Below, one piece after another: positions 18,871 through 28,168 of a stretch of DNA of 64,000 nt. The stretch is from assembly GCA_030688315.1 (NCBI GenBank), contig JAUYIT010000008.1:21240-85239 (forward strand), given 5' to 3'. This stretch comes from Candidatus Komeilibacteria bacterium. Its GTDB lineage: Bacteria > Patescibacteriota > Patescibacteriia > UBA1558 > UBA10009. Positions within the stretch are counted from its first letter, which is position 1; each line of letters opens with the position of its first letter. A program made the translations under genes and the position numbers. Under the pieces are notes generated by a model. It made no database searches, was not told the origin of the DNA, and saw nothing but the letters and a program-made list of their open reading frames with translations.

Positions 18871-20484
18871 ATGCATAGCAAATTTTGGCTGTTTTTCCGC
18901 CACGTTAACAGCAAATACTATTTTGATTATCTAGCTGTTTTTTTTATTGCCTTAATTTTATTCGGCTGGCTGCAAGCCGGTCCGACTTTGGCCGAGCCCG
19001 ATTCATTTTATCACGCCAAGATGGCGGTAATTATGTCGGAAGGCAAAGTTTTACAGCAATTCCCTTGGCTGCAAGAAACCAATTTGCCGGAACAGTATGT
19101 TAACCACCATTTTTTATACCACGCTCTACTGGTTCCTTTTGTTAACATGTTTGATCCTTTGGTGGGCGTTAAAGTGGCCACGGTTTTATTCGCTTCTCTG
19201 TTGGTTTTATCAATTTATTGGCTGTTTAAAAAGTTTGAAGTTAAATACCCCTTGGTTTTTGTTTTAATATTATTAACTATTTCGCCCTGGCTGTTTAGGG
19301 CTAGTTTGGTTAAAGCGCCGGCCATCAGTTTTATTTTTCTGCTCTGCGCGTTTTACTGTCTGGCGCATCAGCATTGGCTGCGTTTGTTTTTGCTTTCGTT
19401 TGCCGCGGTTTGGCTGTACGGTTCCTGGCCGGTTATTTTGGTTATGACCATTACTTATTTGATTGTTTATTGGCTGTTGGAAAAATATCGGCAGGAAGAA
19501 TCAATTTGGCATAAACTAAAAAATATTTTCCAATTAAATAAAAAAGTTCCCTGGCGCGGGTTGCTGTACGTGGTCGGTGGTTTAACGGCCGGCCTGGTTA
19601 TTAATCCCTATTTCCCGCAGAATTTAAAATTTTATTATCAGCAAATTATTGATATTGCCTTATTTAACTATCAGCATGTGATCAGCGTGGGTTCCGAGTG
19701 GTATCCTTATGATATTTATAAATTGATTGCCGACGCGCCTTTGATTATGTCTTTGCTGGTGGTTAGCGTGCTGTTGTTTATTTTAACCGTAAAAAAACAA
19801 TCCATTTATTCCTGGACCTGGGGTTTGCTAGCTGTGGCCTTTTTTATTTTAACCTTAAAATCACGGCGGCAGGTGGAATTTTTTACGCCCTTAACCGTAA
19901 TTTTTGCCGGCTTTACCTTTAACGATTATTTTAGAAAGCTTTCCCGCCTGCATTTGCAATTGTTGTTAAACGTGGCCTGGCAGGCAATTTTTGGTCTGGC
20001 TTTGATTTTAGTCGGACTAATTTTTATTTTTAAAATACCCGGCGATTTAAACAGAGCCAAATCCTATTTGGATAACGGTAAACCTTTAACTTATTATCAA
20101 CAAGCGTCCGCCTGGCTTACAGCCAACTCGCCCAAACAGGCCGTGGTTTTTAACGCCAACTGGTCCGATTTTCCCGCCCTGTTTTACCACAACAGTCATA
20201 ATTATTATCTGACCGGTTTGGATCCGACTTTTATGTATCAGCTGAACCCGGTTAAATACCAACAATACGTAGACATCACCTTGGGCAAGGTACAGCAAAA
20301 TTTAAAAAAAATCATCCAAGATGATTTTAAGGCCGATTATGTTTTATTTGACCATGAGCACTGGCTGTTGGAAAAACAATTAAAATACAGCGGCGATTTT
20401 ATCAAGGTTTATGAAGACAGCGAAGCTAAAATTTATCAGGTTAGGTCTGCGCCGGTGTTATTGCCGAGTTCATCAGGCGATTGA
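18871..20484 (+). CDS. large polytopic membrane protein, possible GT-C-fold glycosyltransferase
   Basis: 537 aa, more than 10 predicted TM helices, with an early periplasmic loop bearing ..AEPDSFYHAKMA.. No confident family. Confidence 0.3.
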   Translation: MHSKFWLFFRHVNSKYYFDYLAVFFIALILFGWLQAGPTLAEPDSFYHAKMAVIMSEGKVLQQFPWLQETNLPEQYVNHHFLYHALLVPFVNMFDPLVGVKVATVLFASLLVLSIYWLFKKFEVKYPLVFVLILLTISPWLFRASLVKAPAISFIFLLCAFYCLAHQHWLRLFLLSFAAVWLYGSWPVILVMTITYLIVYWLLEKYRQEESIWHKLKNIFQLNKKVPWRGLLYVVGGLTAGLVINPYFPQNLKFYYQQIIDIALFNYQHVISVGSEWYPYDIYKLIADAPLIMSLLVVSVLLFILTVKKQSIYSWTWGLLAVAFFILTLKSRRQVEFFTPLTVIFAGFTFNDYFRKLSRLHLQLLLNVAWQAIFGLALILVGLIFIFKIPGDLNRAKSYLDNGKPLTYYQQASAWLTANSPKQAVVFNANWSDFPALFYHNSHNYYLTGLDPTFMYQLNPVKYQQYVDITLGKVQQNLKKIIQDDFKADYVLFDHEHWLLEKQLKYSGDFIKVYEDSEAKIYQVRSAPVLLPSSSGD

Positions 20485-20495
20485 GGTTAATGAGT

Positions 20496-22496
20496 TCAGT
20501 TGACAAAAATTTCACCCAAGTCAATTATCGGCCAAAGCATTTCTTCTTTACTAATCTTCATGACGGCTGACCTTTGCCCGTCTAAAACTAAGGAGCCGCC
20601 GTAATCAAGGACCTGTAATTCCGCCCGGTAATTGCCCAAAGAAAGCTTATTTGGCAGTAAAAACCAGTAGTTGCTTTTAATAACCTGACCCGGTTGCCAT
20701 TCGGAAGTCGGGTACAGGCCGTAAGCCAGGGGATATAGTTTTTGGTGGACAACCTGATCTTGGTTGTTTTTTAAACTAAGTTTAAATTGATAATTTTTGT
20801 TTATTTTTTGATCAGCTTTAAAATACAAGGCCAGCGGAAAAATTCTTAAATTTTCGGCCGTCTGCTCGGTTTTAGGGAGCGGCGTGGAGCCCAGAAAAGT
20901 CAGGAGCTGGTTCAGTTTTAGGTTTTGGCGGTTGGTGATTTTGGTTGTAGGCGCGTCAATTTGATAAAGCTCAAGGCCATCCCCCGCTTCTTTTTTAAAC
21001 AGCGCCAAAGTATCAATGATTTTGATTGCCTTAAAGCCGCGTTCGGCAATAATGTTTCTTAAATTGTCGTCGCCTTGGTCGTAGTATTTACTCCACATTT
21101 TATTATTCGGGAACTGAATTTGATATTCCAGCAAATCGCTAAAATCAACGGCCAGCGCCTCAGTCTCTTGAGGTAGGCGGTAATTAATGTGGGATAATTG
21201 CGTTTTGCCGATAAAAGCGTAGTGCAGGGAATAAATTTTTTCCCGGCCCGACAGATTGGTCAGCAATTCATAGGTGGCGGCCACGGCCTCCTGATCAGCC
21301 ACCGTTTCAATCAGCTCATGCCTGATTTGCCTAGCTTGCGCGTCATAAGTCGGGTTAGCTAGTTTGCCGATAAAGCCCGGCAACGGCCCCAGGGCCAGCA
21401 AACCGTAAACAGCGCTGACAATTAAAATCAGCTTAACTATGGCCCAATTATTTTTTAAGTAAAGCGCCAGTTTGGTTTTGACTTGTCCGGTTTGCAGATG
21501 GTCCAAAGAAAAAATCAGGGCAATAAAAAGCGGGGGCAATAATAAGCTCACATAATGAAGCTTGACTACAATCACGGCGTTGTTGGTTTGGCTTAAAATG
21601 AGCTGGGCAAAAATTGGCAGAGCCAAAAGCAGATATTTTGGCTTAAGCAGGCAAAAAAAGCCCGCCGGCAAAAATAGCAACGGGGCCAGCAACAAATTGC
21701 CCGGCGTTAGCAGGCGTTGTAAAACCAGCCAGGGTTTGGCAAAAAAATTTACGGCCAGTTGCAAAAAACTGTTGCCCAGCCAGCCGTAGTAAGTTAAAAA
21801 TTTAAATAGGCCGCTGGTGCTAAAATGAGCAACGATTTTTACGGCAATAATAAACCAGGTCGCGGCCAGCGCCATGGGCCAGATAATCCACTTTAGAGAT
21901 TTTTTGTCCATGATTGCTAGCGGACTAAACATGAACACGGCTAACGACACGTCTTCACGGATCAATAACGAGATAACAATAAAAAGCAAAAACCAGGGAA
22001 ATTTATCGCGCAGGTAAAAATAGAAAGCCCAGAAAATAGAAAAAATGGCAAAGGGCAAAAAATGGAACTCAAAAAGATTAATGTTTTGGACAAACGGATT
22101 TAACAGCCAGAGCAGGGCAATCAGCAAAGGCCAGCCACGCGTTAACCGGGTTTTAGCGATTAAAAACAAGGGCCAGGCCGATAAAGCCAAAATTGCTGTT
22201 TGTAAAATCAACAAAGTAATCGGATGCTGAAAAAAGTAATAGATGGGCAGCAGGCCAAGTAACAGTAGTTCCAAATGGTCGCCCAGATAGTATTGTTGAT
22301 GAAAAGTAAATTCAAACCAGCGGCCGTGGGCGGAATTAAACAGCACTTGATTGTAAATGGCCAGATCCAAACCGTTGTAGCCGAACTGCCAATATTTCCA
22401 AACGCAGATTGCTGAAAATACTAAAAAATATAAACCGATGGCCAGCCACAGGCATAAGCCGGGTTTATTGTTGATGAAATGGCGGATTTTTTTCAT
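20496..22496 (-). CDS. DUF2079 (COG3463) polytopic membrane protein, GT-C-like
   Basis: GLDLAIYNQVLFN..LGDHLE motifs resemble DUF2079. ATG at 22496 (MKKIRHF) avoids overlap with the pilin-like gene. Confidence 0.45.
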   Translation of the reverse strand: MKKIRHFINNKPGLCLWLAIGLYFLVFSAICVWKYWQFGYNGLDLAIYNQVLFNSAHGRWFEFTFHQQYYLGDHLELLLLGLLPIYYFFQHPITLLILQTAILALSAWPLFLIAKTRLTRGWPLLIALLWLLNPFVQNINLFEFHFLPFAIFSIFWAFYFYLRDKFPWFLLFIVISLLIREDVSLAVFMFSPLAIMDKKSLKWIIWPMALAATWFIIAVKIVAHFSTSGLFKFLTYYGWLGNSFLQLAVNFFAKPWLVLQRLLTPGNLLLAPLLFLPAGFFCLLKPKYLLLALPIFAQLILSQTNNAVIVVKLHYVSLLLPPLFIALIFSLDHLQTGQVKTKLALYLKNNWAIVKLILIVSAVYGLLALGPLPGFIGKLANPTYDAQARQIRHELIETVADQEAVAATYELLTNLSGREKIYSLHYAFIGKTQLSHINYRLPQETEALAVDFSDLLEYQIQFPNNKMWSKYYDQGDDNLRNIIAERGFKAIKIIDTLALFKKEAGDGLELYQIDAPTTKITNRQNLKLNQLLTFLGSTPLPKTEQTAENLRIFPLALYFKADQKINKNYQFKLSLKNNQDQVVHQKLYPLAYGLYPTSEWQPGQVIKSNYWFLLPNKLSLGNYRAELQVLDYGGSLVLDGQRSAVMKISKEEMLWPIIDLGEIFVN

Positions 22497-22522
22497 TGTT
22501 AACAAAAGGCCCCGACCGTCAT

Positions 22523-23119
22523 TTAATTTCTGGCGCACTCGTTTTTAATCGGCCCGCTTTTGCATTCATAGCTGTTGCCGTACCATTCCTGGCATTGTTC
22601 AGTATTATCACATTCTTGGTTAAAACTGCACCAACCCTCTTGGCACAACCAGCCCGAACCAAAATCCCCTAAACAGTCGACGTTGCGATTGCATTTGCCG
22701 CTGGGGTTGCCACCGGCGTTAAAATCGTAATAACCGCCGCTGTTGGTACTGCGCTGGGCTATGTTATCCACGTAAACAACTATTACCATGGAAGCGGCAA
22801 TAATGGTTACGCCGATGATGGAATTTTTAAGGCGTTTTTTGGCGTCTTCTATTTTGTCTTCTTCCCCGCCCGAACTCATCCACTGCCAGCCCGCGTAAAT
22901 AATGCTGATTAAAAAGAACAGACCCACCAAGGTCAGGGCGTAATTAATAAAATTTATAATAATGCGCTGGGGGGAGGCCTCGGTAGTGGCCAAACCGGCT
23001 TCGTTATTAGCGCGGTTAACACGATCCAAAATTCCGCCATCCTGCGCCAGAACTTTGGTCCAAGCCAACAGTAAAAGCGAGTTAACCGCCAGTCCCAAAT
23101 TTTTTATGAATTTAATCAT
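22523..23119 (-). CDS. VirB2/TrbC-like two-helix secreted protein paralog 1 (Cys-rich C-tail, 8 Cys)
   Basis: Signal peptide, then a helix, loop YAGWQWMSSGGEEDKIEDAKKRL, a second helix, and a Cys-rich tail. Confidence 0.6.
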   Translation of the reverse strand: MIKFIKNLGLAVNSLLLLAWTKVLAQDGGILDRVNRANNEAGLATTEASPQRIIINFINYALTLVGLFFLISIIYAGWQWMSSGGEEDKIEDAKKRLKNSIIGVTIIAASMVIVVYVDNIAQRSTNSGGYYDFNAGGNPSGKCNRNVDCLGDFGSGWLCQEGWCSFNQECDNTEQCQEWYGNSYECKSGPIKNECARN

Positions 23120-23121
23120 AT

Positions 23122-23500
23122 TTATAGATAACGATTATCCAAACCCACCTGCCAAAAATTCAGCACGAACAAAATCAAACTGTAGGCAATGGCAATAATA
23201 AAAAAGCCGATGACGGAGTTTTTAAGCCGGGTCTGGGCTTTTTCAATGGTGTCTTCGTTGCCGCCGGCCGTAATCCACTGAAAGCCGGAATAGATGATCA
23301 TAATTAAAAAGAAGATGCCCACAAAGGTTAAAACGTAGGCAATAATACCCAGCACCACCGTGATTTTGGTACCGGTCGCTGTGGTATCAAAACCCGACTG
23401 ATCGGCTAAACTCTTAAAACGATCCAAGGGCGTGGTTAAAGCCAAAACCGAAGACAAGGGGGTTAACAAAAGTAGATAAATGGCAATTAAAATTTTCATA
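23122..23500 (-). CDS. VirB2/TrbC-like paralog 2
   Basis: Loop YSGFQWITAGGNEDTIEKAQTRL. ATG at 23500 lies 1 nt after the stop of paralog 3. Confidence 0.6.
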
Positions 23501-23501
23501 C

Positions 23502-24335
23502 TTAAGGTTGACACTCGTTATTAACGCACCTGCCAGGGGCGCAGTCACCGTCATCTTGGCATTCCTTGCACTCGCCGTCTATGCAATATTTTACGTTGGG
23601 ATTACAGGAGGTTCGGCAGGCGCTATCGGCTAGGCAGATGCCCGTTCTTGGTCCGGTAAATTCCCAAAAGCATAGATTGGCAATACAAAGGCCTCTATCG
23701 TTAAAGTCCGGGCAGGGCGTATTTTCATAAAAACAGCAGGTTGCTTGGTTGGGGCAGGAGGCGTCTTCCGCGTCAATAATTATTCCGTCCTGACCATCGC
23801 AAACCCTCGGATTATTAACGCAGGCAAATCGGCCGTTGGCTCCGTCATTATTTAATTCGTCACAGCTGATTTGATATGGCTCCTCGCCCGTGGGCGGTGT
23901 TTCTATGCCGGTGCCAGGATCTTTTAGGAAGCGCTGGTCAAAATAGCTGTACAGGGCGTAGGTTAAAATAAAAGCCAGCAGGGTAATGGCCACGCCAATG
24001 ACGCCGTTTAAAATCCTTTTTTTTGCTTGTTCCACCTTTTCCTCGTTACCGCCGGCCGTCATCCACTGGAAACCGGAGTAAATGACCAGCCCCAAAAAAA
24101 ATAAACCGGTAAAGCTGATCACGGTCATAATGATCCGGCCCAGCAAAGTGTCAAAATAACTTTCATCGGACTGCAAATCCACGTTATAAGTGCCCTCGCG
24201 GCCGGCTTTATTTAAAAAATCCTGGTAGGTTTGAAAAGTACCGGGATTTTGGGCCAAAACAACATTGGCCACTAGCGCTACCGCGCTGACCGTTAAAATT
24301 AGCAGGCAGATTTTGATCAGGTTTTTTTTAGTCAT
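23502..24335 (-). CDS. VirB2/TrbC-like paralog 3 (long Cys-rich C-terminal ectodomain, 18 Cys)
   Basis: Loop YSGFQWMTAGGNEEKVEQAKKRI. The C-terminal 130 aa carry multiple CxxxC/CC motifs. Confidence 0.6.
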   Translation of the reverse strand: MTKKNLIKICLLILTVSAVALVANVVLAQNPGTFQTYQDFLNKAGREGTYNVDLQSDESYFDTLLGRIIMTVISFTGLFFLGLVIYSGFQWMTAGGNEEKVEQAKKRILNGVIGVAITLLAFILTYALYSYFDQRFLKDPGTGIETPPTGEEPYQISCDELNNDGANGRFACVNNPRVCDGQDGIIIDAEDASCPNQATCCFYENTPCPDFNDRGLCIANLCFWEFTGPRTGICLADSACRTSCNPNVKYCIDGECKECQDDGDCAPGRCVNNECQP

Positions 24336-24346
24336 TTAATTTGATT

Positions 24347-24955
24347 TTATTCACAGCTGTTGCGCCCGCCGATATTTTCGTTGCAGGTTTTGCCTTGCGG
24401 ACAGGCGGGACCGCGTTCTCTAAAACAAGTGCACCATTTGGCTTGGCCGTCTGCCGTTCTAAACGTTTCGCACATCGGCATATTAGCATCAAGGCAATCA
24501 GCGTTGCTTTGGCATTCATAATTAGCGTTATTTGCCGGCGCGTCAGCGCTTCCTCCTTGGGTAAAGATAAAGTTAAAAACGAGATTGGTAATAATGTAGG
24601 CAAAAAAGATCAGGCCAAAGCCCAGCGAGGCGTTTAAAATGCGTTTTTTGGATTCTTCCACTTTTTCCTCGTTACCACCGGCCGTCATCCACTGAAAGCC
24701 GGAATAGATAATTAAGGCCAAAAATAGTGCCCCCAAAAAGCCCAAAAAAATAGCGATCAACTGGCCAAAAGTGGTATCCAAAAACGTTTCGCTGGCCACA
24801 TCGTCGGTGTTATAAAAACCCGTTGAGGCAATGATGTTGATGGTACCGCCGTTATCTCCGCCAAAACCAATGGATTGGGCCATTAAAACGGCCGGGGAAA
24901 ATAAAACTACTACGGCGATAATCACGGTCAAAGTTTTGTAAAAAGTTTTAGTCAT
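24347..24955 (-). CDS. VirB2/TrbC-like paralog 4 (Cys-rich C-tail)
   Basis: Loop YSGFQWMTAGGNEEKVEESKKRI. Confidence 0.6.
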   Translation of the reverse strand: MTKTFYKTLTVIIAVVVLFSPAVLMAQSIGFGGDNGGTINIIASTGFYNTDDVASETFLDTTFGQLIAIFLGFLGALFLALIIYSGFQWMTAGGNEEKVEESKKRILNASLGFGLIFFAYIITNLVFNFIFTQGGSADAPANNANYECQSNADCLDANMPMCETFRTADGQAKWCTCFRERGPACPQGKTCNENIGGRNSCE

Positions 24956-24961
24956 ACTAAA

Positions 24962-25002
24962 CGGGATTGCTTCGCCCGCCGAATCGGCGGGATCGCAATG
25001 AC
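24962..25002. repeat. GC-rich palindromic element, second copy of the 9060..9178 family, between pilin-like paralogs 5 and 4
   Basis: cgggattgcttcg-cccgccgaatcggcggg-atcgcaatgac. It shares a 13-mer and a 9-mer with the dnaN-downstream element. Confidence 0.5.
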
Positions 25003-25006
25003 AGGA

Positions 25007-25387
25007 TTAGGCGGCGCCCAAGGTTTTACTGATAAACCAAGTGATAAAGAAGGCGGCCACAGTTACGGCCAAACCAACGATAGCGTTCATAATTCTGGTT
25101 TTGGCTCTGGTTACTTTTTCCTCTTCGCCGCCGGCCGTCATCCACTGGATGCCGGAAATAACAATGTAGATAAAAAAGATCGCGCCCACAAAACTTAAAA
25201 CAATGCTGATCAAAGTGCCGATGGTTTGGGGGATAGTATCAGAAGTACCGGCGCCGGCAGGGTAACCCGCTCCGTTAATGCCGGCGGCATCGTCAATTAA
25301 ACCAGAGTTGACCTGGGCCAAGGCAGTCAATGGCAAAATTAGGAAGTTAAGGTAAAGACCAATTAATATTTTTTTGACGTTTTTCAT
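25007..25387 (-). CDS. VirB2/TrbC-like paralog 5
   Basis: Loop ISGIQWMTAGGEEEKVTRAKTRI. Confidence 0.6.
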   Translation of the reverse strand: MKNVKKILIGLYLNFLILPLTALAQVNSGLIDDAAGINGAGYPAGAGTSDTIPQTIGTLISIVLSFVGAIFFIYIVISGIQWMTAGGEEEKVTRAKTRIMNAIVGLAVTVAAFFITWFISKTLGAA

Positions 25388-25402
25388 TTTATTGTTTGTT
25401 AA

Positions 25403-25981
25403 TTATGCATTCATTGGGCAGCATTTTTTGTTATTCGGACAGGTTTCATCGGTCGGCTCAATTCCTTCACCGCAGGCGTCTTCACATGAGTACCCCTCAT
25501 CAAGTGGACAGGTATAAGAGCCAGGGTCAACTTCATTTACACTCGGAGTAATCCGCATTCTGTCTACAATAAAGCTGGTTAAGGCATAGGACATCATTAC
25601 AATGCCCAAGCCGATGGCGGCGCGGATAATGCGTTCGCGGGCATGGGTAACCTTTTCCTCGTTGCCGCCGGCCGTCATCCACTGGATGCCGGAGTAAACC
25701 ACTAGGCCGAAAAATACCACGCCAAACACGGACAAAACCATGCCAATAACCTGACCGACTTTTTGGGCCAAGGTTTCCGCGCTAACAACAGTATTGGATC
25801 CGTAACCTGAAGGACCACCGCCCGCTTGCTCCAAAATCCATTTCTGACAATCTTGTAAGCTTTCGTTTGGGTCGCAGCTTTGCAAATTGGCAGCGGCATC
25901 CTGGGCTAAAGCCAAGCCGGGTAAAAATAAACTGGCAGCTAAAGTAAGGGATAATAAATAAAGTTTTATAAATTTTATCAT
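25403..25981 (-). CDS. VirB2/TrbC-like paralog 6 (Cys-containing N- and C-ectodomains)
   Basis: Loop YSGIQWMTAGGNEEKVTHARERI. Confidence 0.6.
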   Translation of the reverse strand: MIKFIKLYLLSLTLAASLFLPGLALAQDAAANLQSCDPNESLQDCQKWILEQAGGGPSGYGSNTVVSAETLAQKVGQVIGMVLSVFGVVFFGLVVYSGIQWMTAGGNEEKVTHARERIIRAAIGLGIVMMSYALTSFIVDRMRITPSVNEVDPGSYTCPLDEGYSCEDACGEGIEPTDETCPNNKKCCPMNA

Positions 25982-25987
25982 AAAAGT

Positions 25988-26428
25988 TTATTGGGGCAGG
26001 CCGGTGCCGATGCCCATGATTCTAAAGACCAAAAAGTTAATAAAAATATAGGACAAAAGAATAATAATAATGCCGATGGCGGCGCTTTCAATGTGTTTGA
26101 CCGCGTCATCAACCATTTGCTGGTTGCCCTTGGCCATCATCCAGGTAAAGCCGGAATAAATAACGATGACTAAAAAAATAACGCCCAAAAAAGCCAAAAA
26201 TAAATTGATGAACCGGCCGACATATTCGAAAACGGTTGGCGCCGGTTTATCGTCACTAAAAATATTTGAGTCCTTGGCGGTATCATCCAGGCGTTTAATG
26301 ATATCACCCACATTGTTGGCCCCCAAATCCTGCTGGGCGTAAATTAAGCCGTTGGGAATAACGGCTGTAAAGCCAAAAAAAGCCAGCAGGCAGGAGAGGG
26401 AAATAATTTTTGCAGTTAATATTTTCAT
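25988..26428 (-). CDS. VirB2/TrbC-like paralog 7 (divergent loop)
   Basis: Loop YSGFTWMMAKGNQQMVDDAVKHI. Start at MKILTAK. Confidence 0.5.
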   Translation of the reverse strand: MKILTAKIISLSCLLAFFGFTAVIPNGLIYAQQDLGANNVGDIIKRLDDTAKDSNIFSDDKPAPTVFEYVGRFINLFLAFLGVIFLVIVIYSGFTWMMAKGNQQMVDDAVKHIESAAIGIIIILLSYIFINFLVFRIMGIGTGLPQ

Positions 26429-26429
26429 C

Positions 26430-26912
26430 TTAAGGATTTTGGCTTTGCGAAGGAGGGTTGGCAATGCCAGCCAGTTGAAAAACCACAAAGTTAACCACCA
26501 GATAGGCGAAAATTATTACCAGCAAGCCCAAAGTGGCCTGGCGCAGGGTGCGGATCGCTTTATCGGCCCGCTCCTTGTTACCGCCGGCCGTCAGCCAAAC
26601 AATGCCGCCGTAAACCGTTAGGAGAAAAAAGACCAGGCCAACAATTTGCAGGCCAATAACCACAAATTCGCCGATAATGGCCGCGGTCGTAGGCGGGCTA
26701 TCTTGGGCATTTTCAGAAACGGCCCCGCTGTTTCGCGCGCCTTTATCAAGAGTTTTTTGGGCGCACTCAATGGCCGAGTCGGTGGGCAGGCATTCCAGGT
26801 CGTTCTGGGCTTGCGCCATTAAAAAATTAAATGGCAGAAAGAGAGCGAATAATAAAAATAGGGCGCAAATGCCCTTGATTATAAATTGTCCATGGTAACG
26901 GGCAATGGTCAT
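26430..26912 (-). CDS. VirB2/TrbC-like paralog 8
   Basis: Loop YGGIVWLTAGGNKERADKAIRTL. The N-terminal ectodomain has 2 Cys. Confidence 0.55.
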   Translation of the reverse strand: MTIARYHGQFIIKGICALFLLFALFLPFNFLMAQAQNDLECLPTDSAIECAQKTLDKGARNSGAVSENAQDSPPTTAAIIGEFVVIGLQIVGLVFFLLTVYGGIVWLTAGGNKERADKAIRTLRQATLGLLVIIFAYLVVNFVVFQLAGIANPPSQSQNP

Positions 26913-27131
26913 AAGCGACGTAGAGTGAGAGAAATAATAAAGCGAAGCTTTATTATTTCCGAACCGAGGAGCTTATATGTACTCATATATGGACTCGGAT
27001 GAGCAGGGCTTAAAATAGCCGTTTAATTATTTGAAGATACAGTTTAGACCTCAACCCCGAAGTAGACGCTCGCGTTTTGCTCGCGACACTTCGGGATTAC
27101 AATTTAAATTGTATCAATGAGTCAGTTATCC

Positions 27132-27566
27132 TTAATTAGCTACAGTCGCTTGTTGAAGGTTTTCGAGTACAAATCTGGCAATGGCGTAAGCCGATAAAAT
27201 CACAATCAAGCCAACGATGCCCGCTGAAATCAGCTTTTTGGCTTCACCGACTTTTTCCTCTTCACCGCCGGCTGTCATCCATTTAAAGCCGCCCAACAGG
27301 ATGATCACCACCGCGATTACGCCCAAAAATCCCAACAACACGTTTAAAATATCGGCAATGGTTTCCTTTAACGGTTTGGTGCCCAAATTGGTATCTGTCA
27401 AAGCATTGATGCCGAATTCATCGCCTTCGGGGTTAAAATTATCTCCTGCTACTCCTCCCTCATCATCTTGCGCCCAAACTTGTGTCCCAACCATGGCAAT
27501 GGGCATGGCTAAAGCCAACAACAGGCCAAAAACCACTAAGTTCTTTTTTAATAAGAATTTTTTCAT
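27132..27566 (-). CDS. VirB2/TrbC-like paralog 9 (acidic N-ectodomain)
   Basis: Loop LGGFKWMTAGGEEEKVGEAKKLI. Confidence 0.55.
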   Translation of the reverse strand: MKKFLLKKNLVVFGLLLALAMPIAMVGTQVWAQDDEGGVAGDNFNPEGDEFGINALTDTNLGTKPLKETIADILNVLLGFLGVIAVVIILLGGFKWMTAGGEEEKVGEAKKLISAGIVGLIVILSAYAIARFVLENLQQATVAN

Positions 27567-27691
27567 ACTTCACCCCCTTTCATTTACTGACGCCGCTTGG
27601 CTGCGACCCCAATAAACTACTTGTTTAATAATAACTCAATTTATTATACAATAATTTTATTTATTCCGCTATAAGTTAGCTGGGTATATCT

Positions 27692-28135
27692 TTATGAAAA
27701 GTTTAATGTTTCAAAGATCGCTCGCAGAATGGCGTAGCTGGAAAAAATAATCACCAGCCCGAGCGCGGCCCAAATCAGAGTATCTTTGCCCTTTTTGACT
27801 TTATCGGCCGCGCCGCCGGCCGTCATCCATTGAAGCCCGCCAATAACGAACATTAATAAAGCAATAACTCCGGTTACGCCCATAAAGCCAAAAATCAGGC
27901 GGGAGTACAGATCAGCCGGTGTTTTAATGTTTTCTCCTAAGGGGTTATCCAATTTAATGACGCCCGAGTTAGCGGCGCCTGCGTCCTCGCAGGTTTTATC
28001 GCAGGCCGCCTTGGCCACTTCGTCGGCCATAGTGCATTTCGATGCTTTGCAGGCCGCTACTGTTTCCGCCATAACTGGTCCGGCAAATAAAAATAGAGCA
28101 AGTAATAAAAAAGCAATTAGTCCTCTTTTATTCAT
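27692..28135 (-). CDS. VirB2/TrbC-like paralog 10 (Cys-containing N-ectodomain)
   Basis: Loop IGGLQWMTAGGAADKVKKGKDTL. Confidence 0.55.
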   Translation of the reverse strand: MNKRGLIAFLLLALFLFAGPVMAETVAACKASKCTMADEVAKAACDKTCEDAGAANSGVIKLDNPLGENIKTPADLYSRLIFGFMGVTGVIALLMFVIGGLQWMTAGGAADKVKKGKDTLIWAALGLVIIFSSYAILRAIFETLNFS

Positions 28136-28168
28136 ATCGGTAATTTTAAATTAAACTTTTAAAAGTTA

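Noticed and set aside
24328-24637. ORFs 24328..24603 (-) and 24341..24637 (+) overlapping pilin-like paralog 4
   Set aside because: They are alternative frames of the paralog gene. The paralog frame carries the conserved loop motif.
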